A stretch of DNA of 64,000 nucleotides from Candidatus Omnitrophota bacterium (GTDB lineage: Bacteria > Omnitrophota > Gorgyraeia > Zapsychrales > JANLHA01): NCBI GenBank assembly GCA_963662715.1, contig OY759724.1:2843339-2907338 (forward strand). The letters run 5' to 3'. Within the stretch, counting starts at the first letter, position 1; each line of letters starts with the position of its first letter. The notes below the pieces were generated by a model. It saw only the letters and a program-made list of their open reading frames with translations, searched no databases and was not told where the DNA came from. Made by a program: the position numbers and the translations under genes. This document shows positions 10,056 through 18,999 of the stretch, piece by piece.

Positions 10056-10595
10056 ATGAGAGTATCTATTTTAATACTGTTCAGTTTACTCTTGCTGGTT
10101 TTTCTTCATAACCCCGGTTATGCGGAGATGGTTCATTATTTTGACGAGAACGGGCAGATCCACTATGTGAATACGGCTGTGACCAATGTCCCGGAGAAGT
10201 ATATGAACCAGGTCCGCCCGCAACTGGAAAAGGCGAGACAGCAGGAAGGCGAAAGCAACGTCACAGAAAAAAAGGAGGAGGCTCAAAACTCCATGGATAT
10301 GGGGACAGAACTCTTTGAAGAAAGTGACGCGGCACCCGAGCCTCCTGACAGAATTGTCGTTGACGTCTTAAGAAAGGCGGACTGCAAATCCTGTCTGAAA
10401 CTGTTCTCTGTGTTGAGGCAAAGCAAGATACTTTTCCAGTCCCGTAATGTGGATATTGACCCCAGGGGGAAAGAGCTGTATGAAAAGTATCCGGATATGG
10501 AACTGCCGATTACAGTCGTGGGGGATCAAGCTGTCTCGGGGCTTGATTTTTTTAAAATCAAGCAACTTGTGCGTGAATTGAAAAATCAGCAGTAA
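10056..10595 (+). CDS. Secreted DUF4124-like protein with C-terminal glutaredoxin-like (CxxC) domain
   Basis: 179 aa. Signal peptide, then MVHYFDENGQIHYVNTAV (DUF4124-like), then CKSC...PITVVGDQAVSGLDFFKIKQL, a glutaredoxin-like fold. Confidence 0.5.
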   Translation: MRVSILILFSLLLLVFLHNPGYAEMVHYFDENGQIHYVNTAVTNVPEKYMNQVRPQLEKARQQEGESNVTEKKEEAQNSMDMGTELFEESDAAPEPPDRIVVDVLRKADCKSCLKLFSVLRQSKILFQSRNVDIDPRGKELYEKYPDMELPITVVGDQAVSGLDFFKIKQLVRELKNQQ

Positions 10596-10638
10596 ATGGT
10601 CTTGAATATCGTAAACGGAACTATAAACTAAGGACCAA

Positions 10639-11028
10639 GTGATGGGTAAGAAAACTGGTTTTACGCTAGTTGAGGTGATGATTGTTGTCGCTATCATCGC
10701 CCTTTTAGCCGTTATTGCAATTCCTAACCTTTACCGGGCAAGAGTGCAGGCCAATCAGTCAACAGCTCAGGCCCACTTGAAATCTATCGCGAATTCCCTG
10801 GAAAACTACGCAGCGATTCATAGTATTTATCCTTCGGATACAACACAACTTTTAGGCGCCAGCCCCCCGTACCTCAGCATTGACTTTTTTTCCGGATTTC
10901 ACGCCGGATACAGTTTTACCAGTCAGCTGGGAGATTATTATTATACAATTACGGCCACCCCTGCGACTTCAGGCGCTGGAACGAGCACGTATACCTTAAC
11001 GACAGGTGGCGTTATTTCTGCCATCTAA
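10639..11028 (+). CDS. Prepilin-type (type IV pilin / T2SS pseudopilin) protein
   Basis: 129 aa. N-terminus GFTLVEVMIVVAIIALLAVIAIPNL is the canonical prepilin peptidase cleavage/methylation motif plus a hydrophobic helix. Confidence 0.75.
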   Translation: MMGKKTGFTLVEVMIVVAIIALLAVIAIPNLYRARVQANQSTAQAHLKSIANSLENYAAIHSIYPSDTTQLLGASPPYLSIDFFSGFHAGYSFTSQLGDYYYTITATPATSGAGTSTYTLTTGGVISAI

Positions 11029-11111
11029 TTCTCAAGCCTCCTAAAAAAACTGAATTTTTGACAAGAATTTTTAATTGGGATTTAAAATAAGTCAATAATA
11101 GAAGTATTTCC

Positions 11112-11140
11112 TTGACAATCTTTCGGCAAACCTTAATATA
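11112..11140 (+). promoter_or_regulatory. Candidate sigma70-type promoter (TTGACA-N16-TAATAT) upstream of the large island
   Basis: TTGACA at 11112-11117 and TAATAT at 11134-11139 with a 16 nt spacer. A second, weaker TTGACA lies at 11058-11063. It sits in the 396 bp AT-rich gap before the first island gene, which starts at 11425. Confidence 0.3.
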
Positions 11141-11424
11141 GTATAAGTGGTTTAAACAGGATGGGATAAGAGAAATGAGGGGCGGGGTCAGCCTAAAAGC
11201 CTGTTTTTTTTTGCCCTGGGGTTATCTGTCAGCATAAAACAGAGAGAGGGAAATTGTGCTATAATGATAAGTATTAAAACTTATTAAGAATAAATCTTTA
11301 TTACAGTAATATTTATTTTAAACTATAATGACTGCATCTGAAACACCGAATAGATGATAAGGTTAAAGAGGAGCCCCGGGAAAGACTTGGGTATAGCTTA
11401 GAACATGGGAATTAATATAGGAGC

Positions 11425-12492
11425 ATGATCGAACATTCAAAACCAACACTTGGATTAGAAGAGAAGAAAGCTGTTTTAGACACCCTTGACACAAATTATA
11501 TCGCGGAAGGGCCACAGGTCCGCTCTTTTGAGGATGAGGTTGCCGCGTATATAGGCTCCGTTGGGGGTGTAGCCACCTCCACGGGCACATTAGGTCTCCA
11601 CCTGGCGCTGCTCTGCTTTGACCTCACCCGGAAAGACGAAGTTCTTATCCCGAGTTATACTTGCCGGTCGGTTTTAAATGCCGTTTTATATTCTGGAGCC
11701 CGGCCCGTATTATGCGATGTCAATAAAGACGATTATAACTTATCTCTGACAGAGGTTAAGAATAAGATAACATCAAAAACAAAGGTGATAATCGTTCCGC
11801 ATATGTTTGGCTGTCCGGCCCCCGTGGACCGCTTCAAAGAGCTGGGGATACCCATTATTGAAGACTGCGCCCACGCTATCGGGGCGGAATATCAGGGCCG
11901 GAAAGTAGGATGTTGGGGGGACCTGGCGCTGTTTTCATTCGAGGGTACGAAGTATATCGTTACGGGCGAAGGGGGTATGGTTCAGGCCAATTCTCAGGTC
12001 ATGCTCGATAAACTTCGAAAACTAAAAGAGAGCGATTCTTTTGATTTTTTAACGAAATATACTTACCGGATGACTGATTTGCAGGCGGCCGTGGGCCGGG
12101 CTCAACTCAGGAAATTAGACGGTTTTATAGAGAAAAGAAGGTCTATCGCTGAAATCTACAATAAAGCTTTTCGGACCTTGCCCGTGACCGGCCCAGAGGA
12201 TAACTTGAAAGAGGGGCATATTTATCAGCGTTATATGATTCAAATCGGCGGGGGTATTCAGGCTTTCATGGAAAAATGCTATAAGAAAGGGATCAAGGTC
12301 AAACAGCCTGTTAAACCCTATGCGCTTCATTCGTATCTGAGGGTGTCTGCCCGGAGGTATCCTCATACGGAATATATTATGCATTCAGCCGTTTCTGTCC
12401 CCATTTATCCGTCGTTAACAGCCGAACAAACGGTTTATATAACTGAAACTTTAAGGGAACTATTAACAGAACATCATGCGAAATCCCCATAA
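11425..12492 (+). CDS. DegT/DnrJ/EryC1/StrS (ArnB-like) PLP-dependent sugar aminotransferase
   Basis: 355 aa. DegT family pattern with the putative PLP-lysine in FSFEGTKYIVTGEGGMV. N-terminal LGLEEKKAVLDTLDTNYIAEGPQVRSFEDE. Confidence 0.85.
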   Translation: MIEHSKPTLGLEEKKAVLDTLDTNYIAEGPQVRSFEDEVAAYIGSVGGVATSTGTLGLHLALLCFDLTRKDEVLIPSYTCRSVLNAVLYSGARPVLCDVNKDDYNLSLTEVKNKITSKTKVIIVPHMFGCPAPVDRFKELGIPIIEDCAHAIGAEYQGRKVGCWGDLALFSFEGTKYIVTGEGGMVQANSQVMLDKLRKLKESDSFDFLTKYTYRMTDLQAAVGRAQLRKLDGFIEKRRSIAEIYNKAFRTLPVTGPEDNLKEGHIYQRYMIQIGGGIQAFMEKCYKKGIKVKQPVKPYALHSYLRVSARRYPHTEYIMHSAVSVPIYPSLTAEQTVYITETLRELLTEHHAKSP

Positions 12493-13450
12493 CACAACTG
12501 TTTCTCACTATGGTTTTTTGACAGAAAAGGCCAAACGCTTTCCTCCGATGATTGTCGTTGAGATCACCAACGTTTGCAATCTGGAGTGCATCCATTGTCC
12601 GCATGCCTTTATATCCAAGGAGCCCGGGTACCAGCCACGCTATATGGGCTGGGCTCTTTACAAAAAAATCGTCGATGAAGTTTCGCAATATCCCGGAACG
12701 ATTTTCCGGCTGCTGTGTGACGGGGAGCCCTTATGCCATCCGCGCTTTATTGATATGCTCCGTTATGCGAAGGAGAAAAATGTCCGGCCCGTAAATTTCA
12801 TTACCAACGGTCTCCTGCTGGATTCTTCCAAGGCAGAGGCTGTTCTGCAATCCGGAGTTGAGGCTGTGGAATTCAGTCTTGATGCGCTTCACAAAGAGAC
12901 CTACGAGAAGATCCGGGTGGGATCGGATTTTGAAAAGGTTATGCATAATGTCCACCAGTTTATTGAAATGCGCGACCGGCTTAAGGCGCAGACCAAAATT
13001 TTTGTGAGCATTATCGATCAGCCGGAAGCCGAACAGGAACTGGAGGCCTTCCTCGCTTATTGGACGCCGAAGGTCGACCGTGTTCTGACGAGGATGTATA
13101 CCTCTATCCGGGGTTTGGTCGATACGAGAAAGATTAAGATCGACCCCGACCTGACCCGCTGGCCATGTCCGGATCTCTGGCGGCGTTTTTTTATCAACGT
13201 GGACGGCCTGGCGGAATTTTGTGTGGAAGACTGGTATGACCAGTCTGTTATCGGTGACGTGACCCAGGCCGGCATTCATGCTATTTGGCGGTCTCCCGCC
13301 TATGAGCGGATCAGGGGCCTGCATTTGCAGGGGAAATTTGAAGAGGTGTCTTATTGCCACCACTGTTTAGACTGGCGGGCCCGTGACTGGCATTATGATT
13401 ATTTCCTGGCCCTTAAAGAAGTTTTGAATCATGAAACAAAGACGGAGTAA
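12476..13450 (+). CDS. Radical SAM enzyme with C-terminal SPASM/twitch auxiliary-cluster domain
   Basis: 324 aa. CNLECIHC (CX3CX2C) radical SAM motif near the N-terminus. C-terminal Cys cluster (CPDLW...FCVEDW...YCHHC). Confidence 0.75.
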   Translation: MRNPHNTTVSHYGFLTEKAKRFPPMIVVEITNVCNLECIHCPHAFISKEPGYQPRYMGWALYKKIVDEVSQYPGTIFRLLCDGEPLCHPRFIDMLRYAKEKNVRPVNFITNGLLLDSSKAEAVLQSGVEAVEFSLDALHKETYEKIRVGSDFEKVMHNVHQFIEMRDRLKAQTKIFVSIIDQPEAEQELEAFLAYWTPKVDRVLTRMYTSIRGLVDTRKIKIDPDLTRWPCPDLWRRFFINVDGLAEFCVEDWYDQSVIGDVTQAGIHAIWRSPAYERIRGLHLQGKFEEVSYCHHCLDWRARDWHYDYFLALKEVLNHETKTE

Positions 13451-13452
13451 AC

Positions 13453-14841
13453 ATGGGAGCTGCGATATCCCCCAAGACAATAAGAACAACCCGGAGTGTC
13501 TGCCCCAAATGCCTTCAGACGATTGATGCCTTTATTGTGGAAAAGGATAACAAGGTTTTCATGCAGAAGACCTGTCAGCTGCACGGGTTTTTTGAGATAT
13601 TGCTCTCAGAGACAGCCCCGTATTATTCTGAACTGGAACAGTATTATTTTGACCTGGCGGACGAGCGCAACGAGGTGCCGGAATATGAGATCTGGCCGAC
13701 CTATAAATGCAACATTGATTGCTCTATTTGCTGTTTCGGGAAACAAAATCATGAGATGGAGGACCAGGACGCTTCTCTCTCCCAAATCGAACAGTTCATC
13801 AAAAACAGTTCCAAACGCTTTTTTATCCTTTCCGGGGGAGATCCGACCTGCCGGGATGACCTCGATCAGATCATAAAATTATTCCGGAAATACGGTAAAA
13901 CGGTCACGATCAACACCAACGGCCTGAAATGCGCGAGCATAAACTATCTTAAAAAACTTAAAGAGGCTGGCCTGGACCGCCTTAACCTGCAGTTTGACGG
14001 TTTTGACCGCAAGGCCTATATTGCGCTGCGGCGTCAGGACTATCTGGATGTGAAGTTGAAGGTTATTGAAAATTTGAAAACCCTCAATATCCAGACGACG
14101 TTCAACGCAACCATAGCCAAGAATCTTAATGAGAACGCCGTTAAAGATTTAATAGATTTCGCCGCAAAGCATCCGTTTATCAACGGGGTAAACTTTTTTA
14201 CGATTTGCTACCTGGGCGGCGCCAGGGACTGGGGCCCGGATAACTATATTATGCCTGATGAAATTGTCGACTTGCTGCAGCAACAGACGGATCATAAGGT
14301 CAGCAAAGAAAATGTCTTTATATTTCAGAAACTTCATCTGGCCATAAAATCCTTTTTATCCCAGAAATGGTGTTTTTACAATCAGGTTTATCTTTTTGTC
14401 CGTGACCGGGGTTCTTATCAGCCGATCGACCGGTATTTGAACCTGGCCAAAGCCGGCCCCTGGCTGGATAAGTACCGGGACGCTTTTATCAGGAAAAAGT
14501 TCTTGTCCCGTTTTTATCTTGGCATGGCGGTTGTGTGTCTGTTCCTGAAGAAAGAATCTTTGGTCATTTTTAAGGAAATCCTTTTAAGGGGGCTGTCTTA
14601 TTTCTTGAAAACCCAGCATTATCTGAAAGGCAGCCGTTTCTTTTCCGTCAGTTTTTCGACCGGGTGCGATCCGTATAAATTTGATCATGATATTGTCAAA
14701 CATTGTCAAAATGAGATTATCGCGGCTCAGGATGCGACAGGGATCCTGACGGAACTGGGGAGCGACGGAATTTACTGCATGAATTTAGAGAGAAGACATT
14801 TAAACAAAACCTTAAACCAGGAAAGGACGGCGTCCCCTTAA
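13453..14841 (+). CDS. Radical SAM protein with N-terminal Cys-rich ribbon; COG1964 / Tes-GDGT-MAS-like family (paralog 1 of 3)
   Basis: 462 aa. N-terminal CPKC...TCQLHG, then CNIDCSIC (CX3CX2C). Shares LQFDGFD and NxTIAKN motifs and a C-terminal CDPYKFD motif with its two paralogs. Confidence 0.65.
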   Translation: MGAAISPKTIRTTRSVCPKCLQTIDAFIVEKDNKVFMQKTCQLHGFFEILLSETAPYYSELEQYYFDLADERNEVPEYEIWPTYKCNIDCSICCFGKQNHEMEDQDASLSQIEQFIKNSSKRFFILSGGDPTCRDDLDQIIKLFRKYGKTVTINTNGLKCASINYLKKLKEAGLDRLNLQFDGFDRKAYIALRRQDYLDVKLKVIENLKTLNIQTTFNATIAKNLNENAVKDLIDFAAKHPFINGVNFFTICYLGGARDWGPDNYIMPDEIVDLLQQQTDHKVSKENVFIFQKLHLAIKSFLSQKWCFYNQVYLFVRDRGSYQPIDRYLNLAKAGPWLDKYRDAFIRKKFLSRFYLGMAVVCLFLKKESLVIFKEILLRGLSYFLKTQHYLKGSRFFSVSFSTGCDPYKFDHDIVKHCQNEIIAAQDATGILTELGSDGIYCMNLERRHLNKTLNQERTASP

Positions 14842-14842
14842 T

Positions 14843-16108
14843 ATGCTCAAGGCCTACCCCCGACATTCCGTGGATATTACAAAGCATGATTATAAACGGA
14901 TGCTTGCTTTTTTGTTCGCCCCCCGGTCCGTCAAAGCCGGATATCTGAAGCGGTTCGAGCAATCATTCGCCGGATATATCGGGACGCGGTTCGCTTTGTC
15001 CATGCCTTCCGCCAGGCTCGGTCTTTATGTCGTGTTGAAATATTTTAATTTCCCCGAGGGGACGGAAGTTATTATCACGCCTTTCACCCATCAGAGTATC
15101 TTCACGGTTCTCAAAACATTCCGGCTGAAGCCTGTTTTTGTTGACATAGACCCCAAGACCCATAACACCAATCCTTCTTTGGTCAAACAGTGTATCTCAG
15201 AAAAAACGCGCCTTATGGTTTTGACCCACATGTGGGGGCAGGCCTGTGATATGGACGCTTTTATGACGCTGAAAGAGGAATACGGCCTGAAAATCATTGA
15301 AGACTGCGCCATGGCGGCCGGGGCCGTTTATAAAGGCAAAAAAGTAGGCAGTTACGGAGATGCCAGCATATTTAGTTTCGGGAAGGCGAAAGCCATTTGT
15401 GCTTTCGGAGGAGGAATGTTGTGCCTGAATGACGAGAAGATGCATGAGTTTGTCGCTTCGGTCATTAAGGATTTTCAGCCGCCCCGGCCGTTTTCTCTGG
15501 TCTTTTCCGTGATCAATTCCGTGGTCGCCAATGTCCTCACCCGTCCGCGATGTTTTTTCCTGTCGCTTTATCCGGTTATGCGGCTTTTTAATCTCAGAGA
15601 CCCCTACAATCCGGTTGAGCATAAAAAGGATTCCGAAGTCATTCTGGAGCAGATGCCGGAAGAATGGAAAGTCCGGTTATCGTCTTTTCAGGCGGCCATA
15701 GGCCTTGAACAGCTTAAGACTTTGGAAGAACGCAATGACCGCAGAACCCAAAATGCCCGGATTTTGAACTATGCCTTGAAGGACGTCCCGGATATTGGTC
15801 TGCCGGAGACGTCAGAACGCGGGCAGCATATTTATCTCTACTATGCGGTTCACATAAAGAAGAAAACCGATCTGGACAATCTCCGGAAGAAACTGTTGGC
15901 GCGGGCCGTGGATACCCAGCTGAATGAATTGACGAATCCCGAGCAGTTAAGCATTTTTGGCGCGGACAGCGGGTCTTTTCCGGTCTTTGACAAGATCTCT
16001 CCCAACATTCTTGTTATTCCCAACGGAATAATGCTGAATGAGCAGGATATCCATGCGGTGGCACAGGCGGTCAGGGAATGCCTTGGGCCCGGCGGGGGTG
16101 AGATGTAA
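14843..16108 (+). CDS. DegT/DnrJ/EryC1 (ArnB-like) PLP-dependent aminotransferase
   Basis: 421 aa. DegT family pattern with the putative PLP-lysine in FSFGKAKAICAFGGGML. Confidence 0.8.
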   Translation: MLKAYPRHSVDITKHDYKRMLAFLFAPRSVKAGYLKRFEQSFAGYIGTRFALSMPSARLGLYVVLKYFNFPEGTEVIITPFTHQSIFTVLKTFRLKPVFVDIDPKTHNTNPSLVKQCISEKTRLMVLTHMWGQACDMDAFMTLKEEYGLKIIEDCAMAAGAVYKGKKVGSYGDASIFSFGKAKAICAFGGGMLCLNDEKMHEFVASVIKDFQPPRPFSLVFSVINSVVANVLTRPRCFFLSLYPVMRLFNLRDPYNPVEHKKDSEVILEQMPEEWKVRLSSFQAAIGLEQLKTLEERNDRRTQNARILNYALKDVPDIGLPETSERGQHIYLYYAVHIKKKTDLDNLRKKLLARAVDTQLNELTNPEQLSIFGADSGSFPVFDKISPNILVIPNGIMLNEQDIHAVAQAVRECLGPGGGEM

Positions 16109-16111
16109 GAT

Positions 16112-17425
16112 ATGATAAAGGATGATAAGTTCAGTCACATCGTCAGGGCGACTGAAAGCGTGTGTCCGGTTTGTCTGGACTCCGTTCAGGCATTGGTGCA
16201 AATCCGGGGGGAGTCTGTTTATCTTGAAAAGACATGTCCCCGGCACGGAGATTTCCGCGTCCTCTTATCGAAACACGCCAAAGATTATAAGGAGTTGTCG
16301 GATTGCTATTTCTATTTTATCCCGCAGGCTTTGGTGCAGAAAGAATATTACCTCTGCGCAACCATGCAGTGCAATATCTCCTGCCCGATTTGTTTTCTGG
16401 ATTACTGTCAGGACAGGCAGGACCTCTCTTTTGAACGTCTGGCAGACAACCTCCGCGATAAAACAGACGTGGAAAGATTTACTTTTTCCCATGGCGAACC
16501 GACCGTCAGTCCGCAATTACCCGATATGATCCGGGCTTTGAAACGGGCGAATAAACTGGTTAACATTCATACCAACGGCGTCAGACTGGCGGATTATGAT
16601 TATGCGCTTTCCTTGAGGAACGCCGGGCTCGACCATGTCAGCCTGCAGTTCGATGGTTTCCGGGACGAGATTTATCAGGCTCTCCGGGGGGCGCGGTTAT
16701 TGGATGTTAAATTAAAAGCTCTGGAGAACCTCAAACGTTTATCCTTGCCGGTCACTTTAAATGTCACGGTGGCCAAGGAGGTGAACGATGATGAATGCGG
16801 CCGGATCTTCGATTATGTCGTTAAAAATGATTTCATGAAAGACCTGAGTTATATCACTTATTGCCATTATTCTCCTGACGATAAGGATATGGAACGTTAT
16901 ATGATGCCCGATGATCTTTTGGTTATTCTGGAAAAACACACCCAAGGCCGGCTGCAAAGAGAAAATATCATCCATTTTCAGAAACTATATTATGCTTATC
17001 TCAGTGCGTCGCATAAGAGAAAATGCTTCAATTATTATCATTATTTTATCGTCCGGACAAAGACAGGCTATCGCGGAATCGACCAGTACCTGGATTTAAA
17101 AAAGATCGCGCGGGCCATAGACCGCTGCAAAGATCAAAAGAAGAAGATGACGCGCTGGAGGCTTTATAAAATATTGCTGACATCCTTGAAAAAATCCAGC
17201 CTGTTTTTGATCCCTTATGGGGTGTCCCTGGTGTTGAGAGGGGGATATCCCAAAAAACCGGGACGGTTCCTGGTGGTGACCTTTGCCAGTATCTGTGACC
17301 CTTATAAGTATGATGCCACGGTCGCTTTGAATTGCGGGCAGGGGATTGTGACGCAGAAAAATGAACAGGAAAGTTACGGTTCATATATTATCGAAGAAAT
17401 GAAAACTTTAAGAGTCCAGTCATGA
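16112..17425 (+). CDS. Radical SAM protein with N-terminal Cys-rich ribbon; COG1964 / Tes-GDGT-MAS-like family (paralog 2 of 3)
   Basis: 437 aa. CPVC...TCPRHG, then CNISCPIC. LQFDGFRDEIY. C-terminal ICDPYKYD. Confidence 0.65.
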   Translation: MIKDDKFSHIVRATESVCPVCLDSVQALVQIRGESVYLEKTCPRHGDFRVLLSKHAKDYKELSDCYFYFIPQALVQKEYYLCATMQCNISCPICFLDYCQDRQDLSFERLADNLRDKTDVERFTFSHGEPTVSPQLPDMIRALKRANKLVNIHTNGVRLADYDYALSLRNAGLDHVSLQFDGFRDEIYQALRGARLLDVKLKALENLKRLSLPVTLNVTVAKEVNDDECGRIFDYVVKNDFMKDLSYITYCHYSPDDKDMERYMMPDDLLVILEKHTQGRLQRENIIHFQKLYYAYLSASHKRKCFNYYHYFIVRTKTGYRGIDQYLDLKKIARAIDRCKDQKKKMTRWRLYKILLTSLKKSSLFLIPYGVSLVLRGGYPKKPGRFLVVTFASICDPYKYDATVALNCGQGIVTQKNEQESYGSYIIEEMKTLRVQS

Positions 17426-18999
17426 AAATTGCCTTTGTCAATGATTCCTGCGAACGGTTAGGCGTGGAGTACATTTCGGCCGTCCTTAAACAACACGGCC
17501 ACACCGTTAAGCTCTTCGCCGATCCCCAGCTGTTTAATGACGAAAATTTCACCATCGCTCCTTTCGCAAGGTTTTTTGACTATACGGAAGAACTTGTCGC
17601 GGATATCAAGGCGTTTCAGCCGGATTTAATCGCATTTTCCGTCGTGACCGACTTTTATCAATGGGCCTGCCGCCTGGCCAGGCGGATTAAGTCTGAGATG
17701 GATGTCCCGGTCCTTTTCGGCGGTATTCATGCCACTTCCGTACCTGAAAAAGTCCTGCAGCAGGATTGTGTCGATATGGTCTGCCGGGGGGAGGGGGAAT
17801 ACGCTCTTTTGGATCTTGTCACGAGTATGGAGCGGGGGGCGATAGATTATGCCACCCGGAATATTTGGTTTAAAAAAGACGGCCGGGTTATTAGGAATGA
17901 AGTCCGCCCGTTGATAGAGAACCTGGATGAGCTTCCTTTTGCGGACAAAGATCTTTTTTACGAAGCCAGCGCCCATTTTTCCCGGTGTTATTTCTTAATG
18001 ACCAACCGCGGGTGCGCCTATGCCTGTAGTTATTGCTGCAATTCGTTCCTTAAAAAATTTTATCAGGACAAGGGGAAATATCTGCGGTTCCGCAGCGTCT
18101 CTAACGTTATCCGGGAACTGGTATGGGCCAAGGAAAAGTACGGTATCCGCATGATCCGTATCCACGACGATGATTTCCTGACCCATGACGTCAAGTGGTT
18201 CGAAGAATTTTCCGGGCAGTATGCCGGGCGGATCAAAGCCCCGTTCGCCTGTTTTACTCATCCCAACAGCGTGACGGAACGCAAGGCCGCTCTTCTTAAG
18301 AAAGCGGGCTGTCATGATATCGAAGTGGGGGTCCAGTCCATCTCCGCCAAAACACGTTACGAGGTCTTAAACCGCCGTGTTTCCGATGAGCAGTTAAGCA
18401 AAGCCATCCGCATCTTAAAAGACGCCGGGATCAAAGTTATCACGGATAATATCCTGGGGCTCCCGCACCAAAGTGATCAGGAACTGCTGGATCTTATGAG
18501 ATTTTATAATAAAAACCGGATCATGAAGATTTACTGTTTTGGGTTCCGGCACTACCCGGCCACGGATATCGTGGAGTATTCCCGAAAAGCCTCTTTGCTG
18601 ACCCGGGAGGATGTTGAGAACCTGGAAAACGGCGTGAATGTCAAAACATTCATCCAGAGCGGGGATATCTTAAGCCGGGAAGCCAAACAGCTGCAGACTT
18701 TCTTTGCGTTTCTGCTTTATCTTCCGGAATCCTTTAACAATTTTATACTGAACAGAAAATTGTACCGTTTTTTCATTCCGTTACCGTATTATATTCTTGT
18801 TATTTTCTCCAACTGGCTGAGGATCCCGTATCGTTACAACTGGGCGTTGCACATTACGGTTTGCCGTTACGGCACATATATTTTCAGGCGTTTCAAGAGC
18901 AAGCTGCGGTTTCCCGGGATGTTTGCCCGGGGAAAAAGAACTGATTTTATTCTTAAACATCCCGTAGGGCAGGAATGCGGTTCAGGAGAGAGGGCTTGA
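17422..18999 (+). CDS. Cobalamin-binding-domain radical SAM enzyme (class B-like), tandem paralog 1
   Basis: 525 aa. N-terminal B12-binding Rossmann domain (MKIAFVNDSCERLGVEYISAVLK...FGGIHATSVPE...CRGEGEY), then radical SAM CAYACSYC. Start overlaps the upstream stop (ATGA). Confidence 0.85.
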   Translation: MKIAFVNDSCERLGVEYISAVLKQHGHTVKLFADPQLFNDENFTIAPFARFFDYTEELVADIKAFQPDLIAFSVVTDFYQWACRLARRIKSEMDVPVLFGGIHATSVPEKVLQQDCVDMVCRGEGEYALLDLVTSMERGAIDYATRNIWFKKDGRVIRNEVRPLIENLDELPFADKDLFYEASAHFSRCYFLMTNRGCAYACSYCCNSFLKKFYQDKGKYLRFRSVSNVIRELVWAKEKYGIRMIRIHDDDFLTHDVKWFEEFSGQYAGRIKAPFACFTHPNSVTERKAALLKKAGCHDIEVGVQSISAKTRYEVLNRRVSDEQLSKAIRILKDAGIKVITDNILGLPHQSDQELLDLMRFYNKNRIMKIYCFGFRHYPATDIVEYSRKASLLTREDVENLENGVNVKTFIQSGDILSREAKQLQTFFAFLLYLPESFNNFILNRKLYRFFIPLPYYILVIFSNWLRIPYRYNWALHITVCRYGTYIFRRFKSKLRFPGMFARGKRTDFILKHPVGQECGSGERA

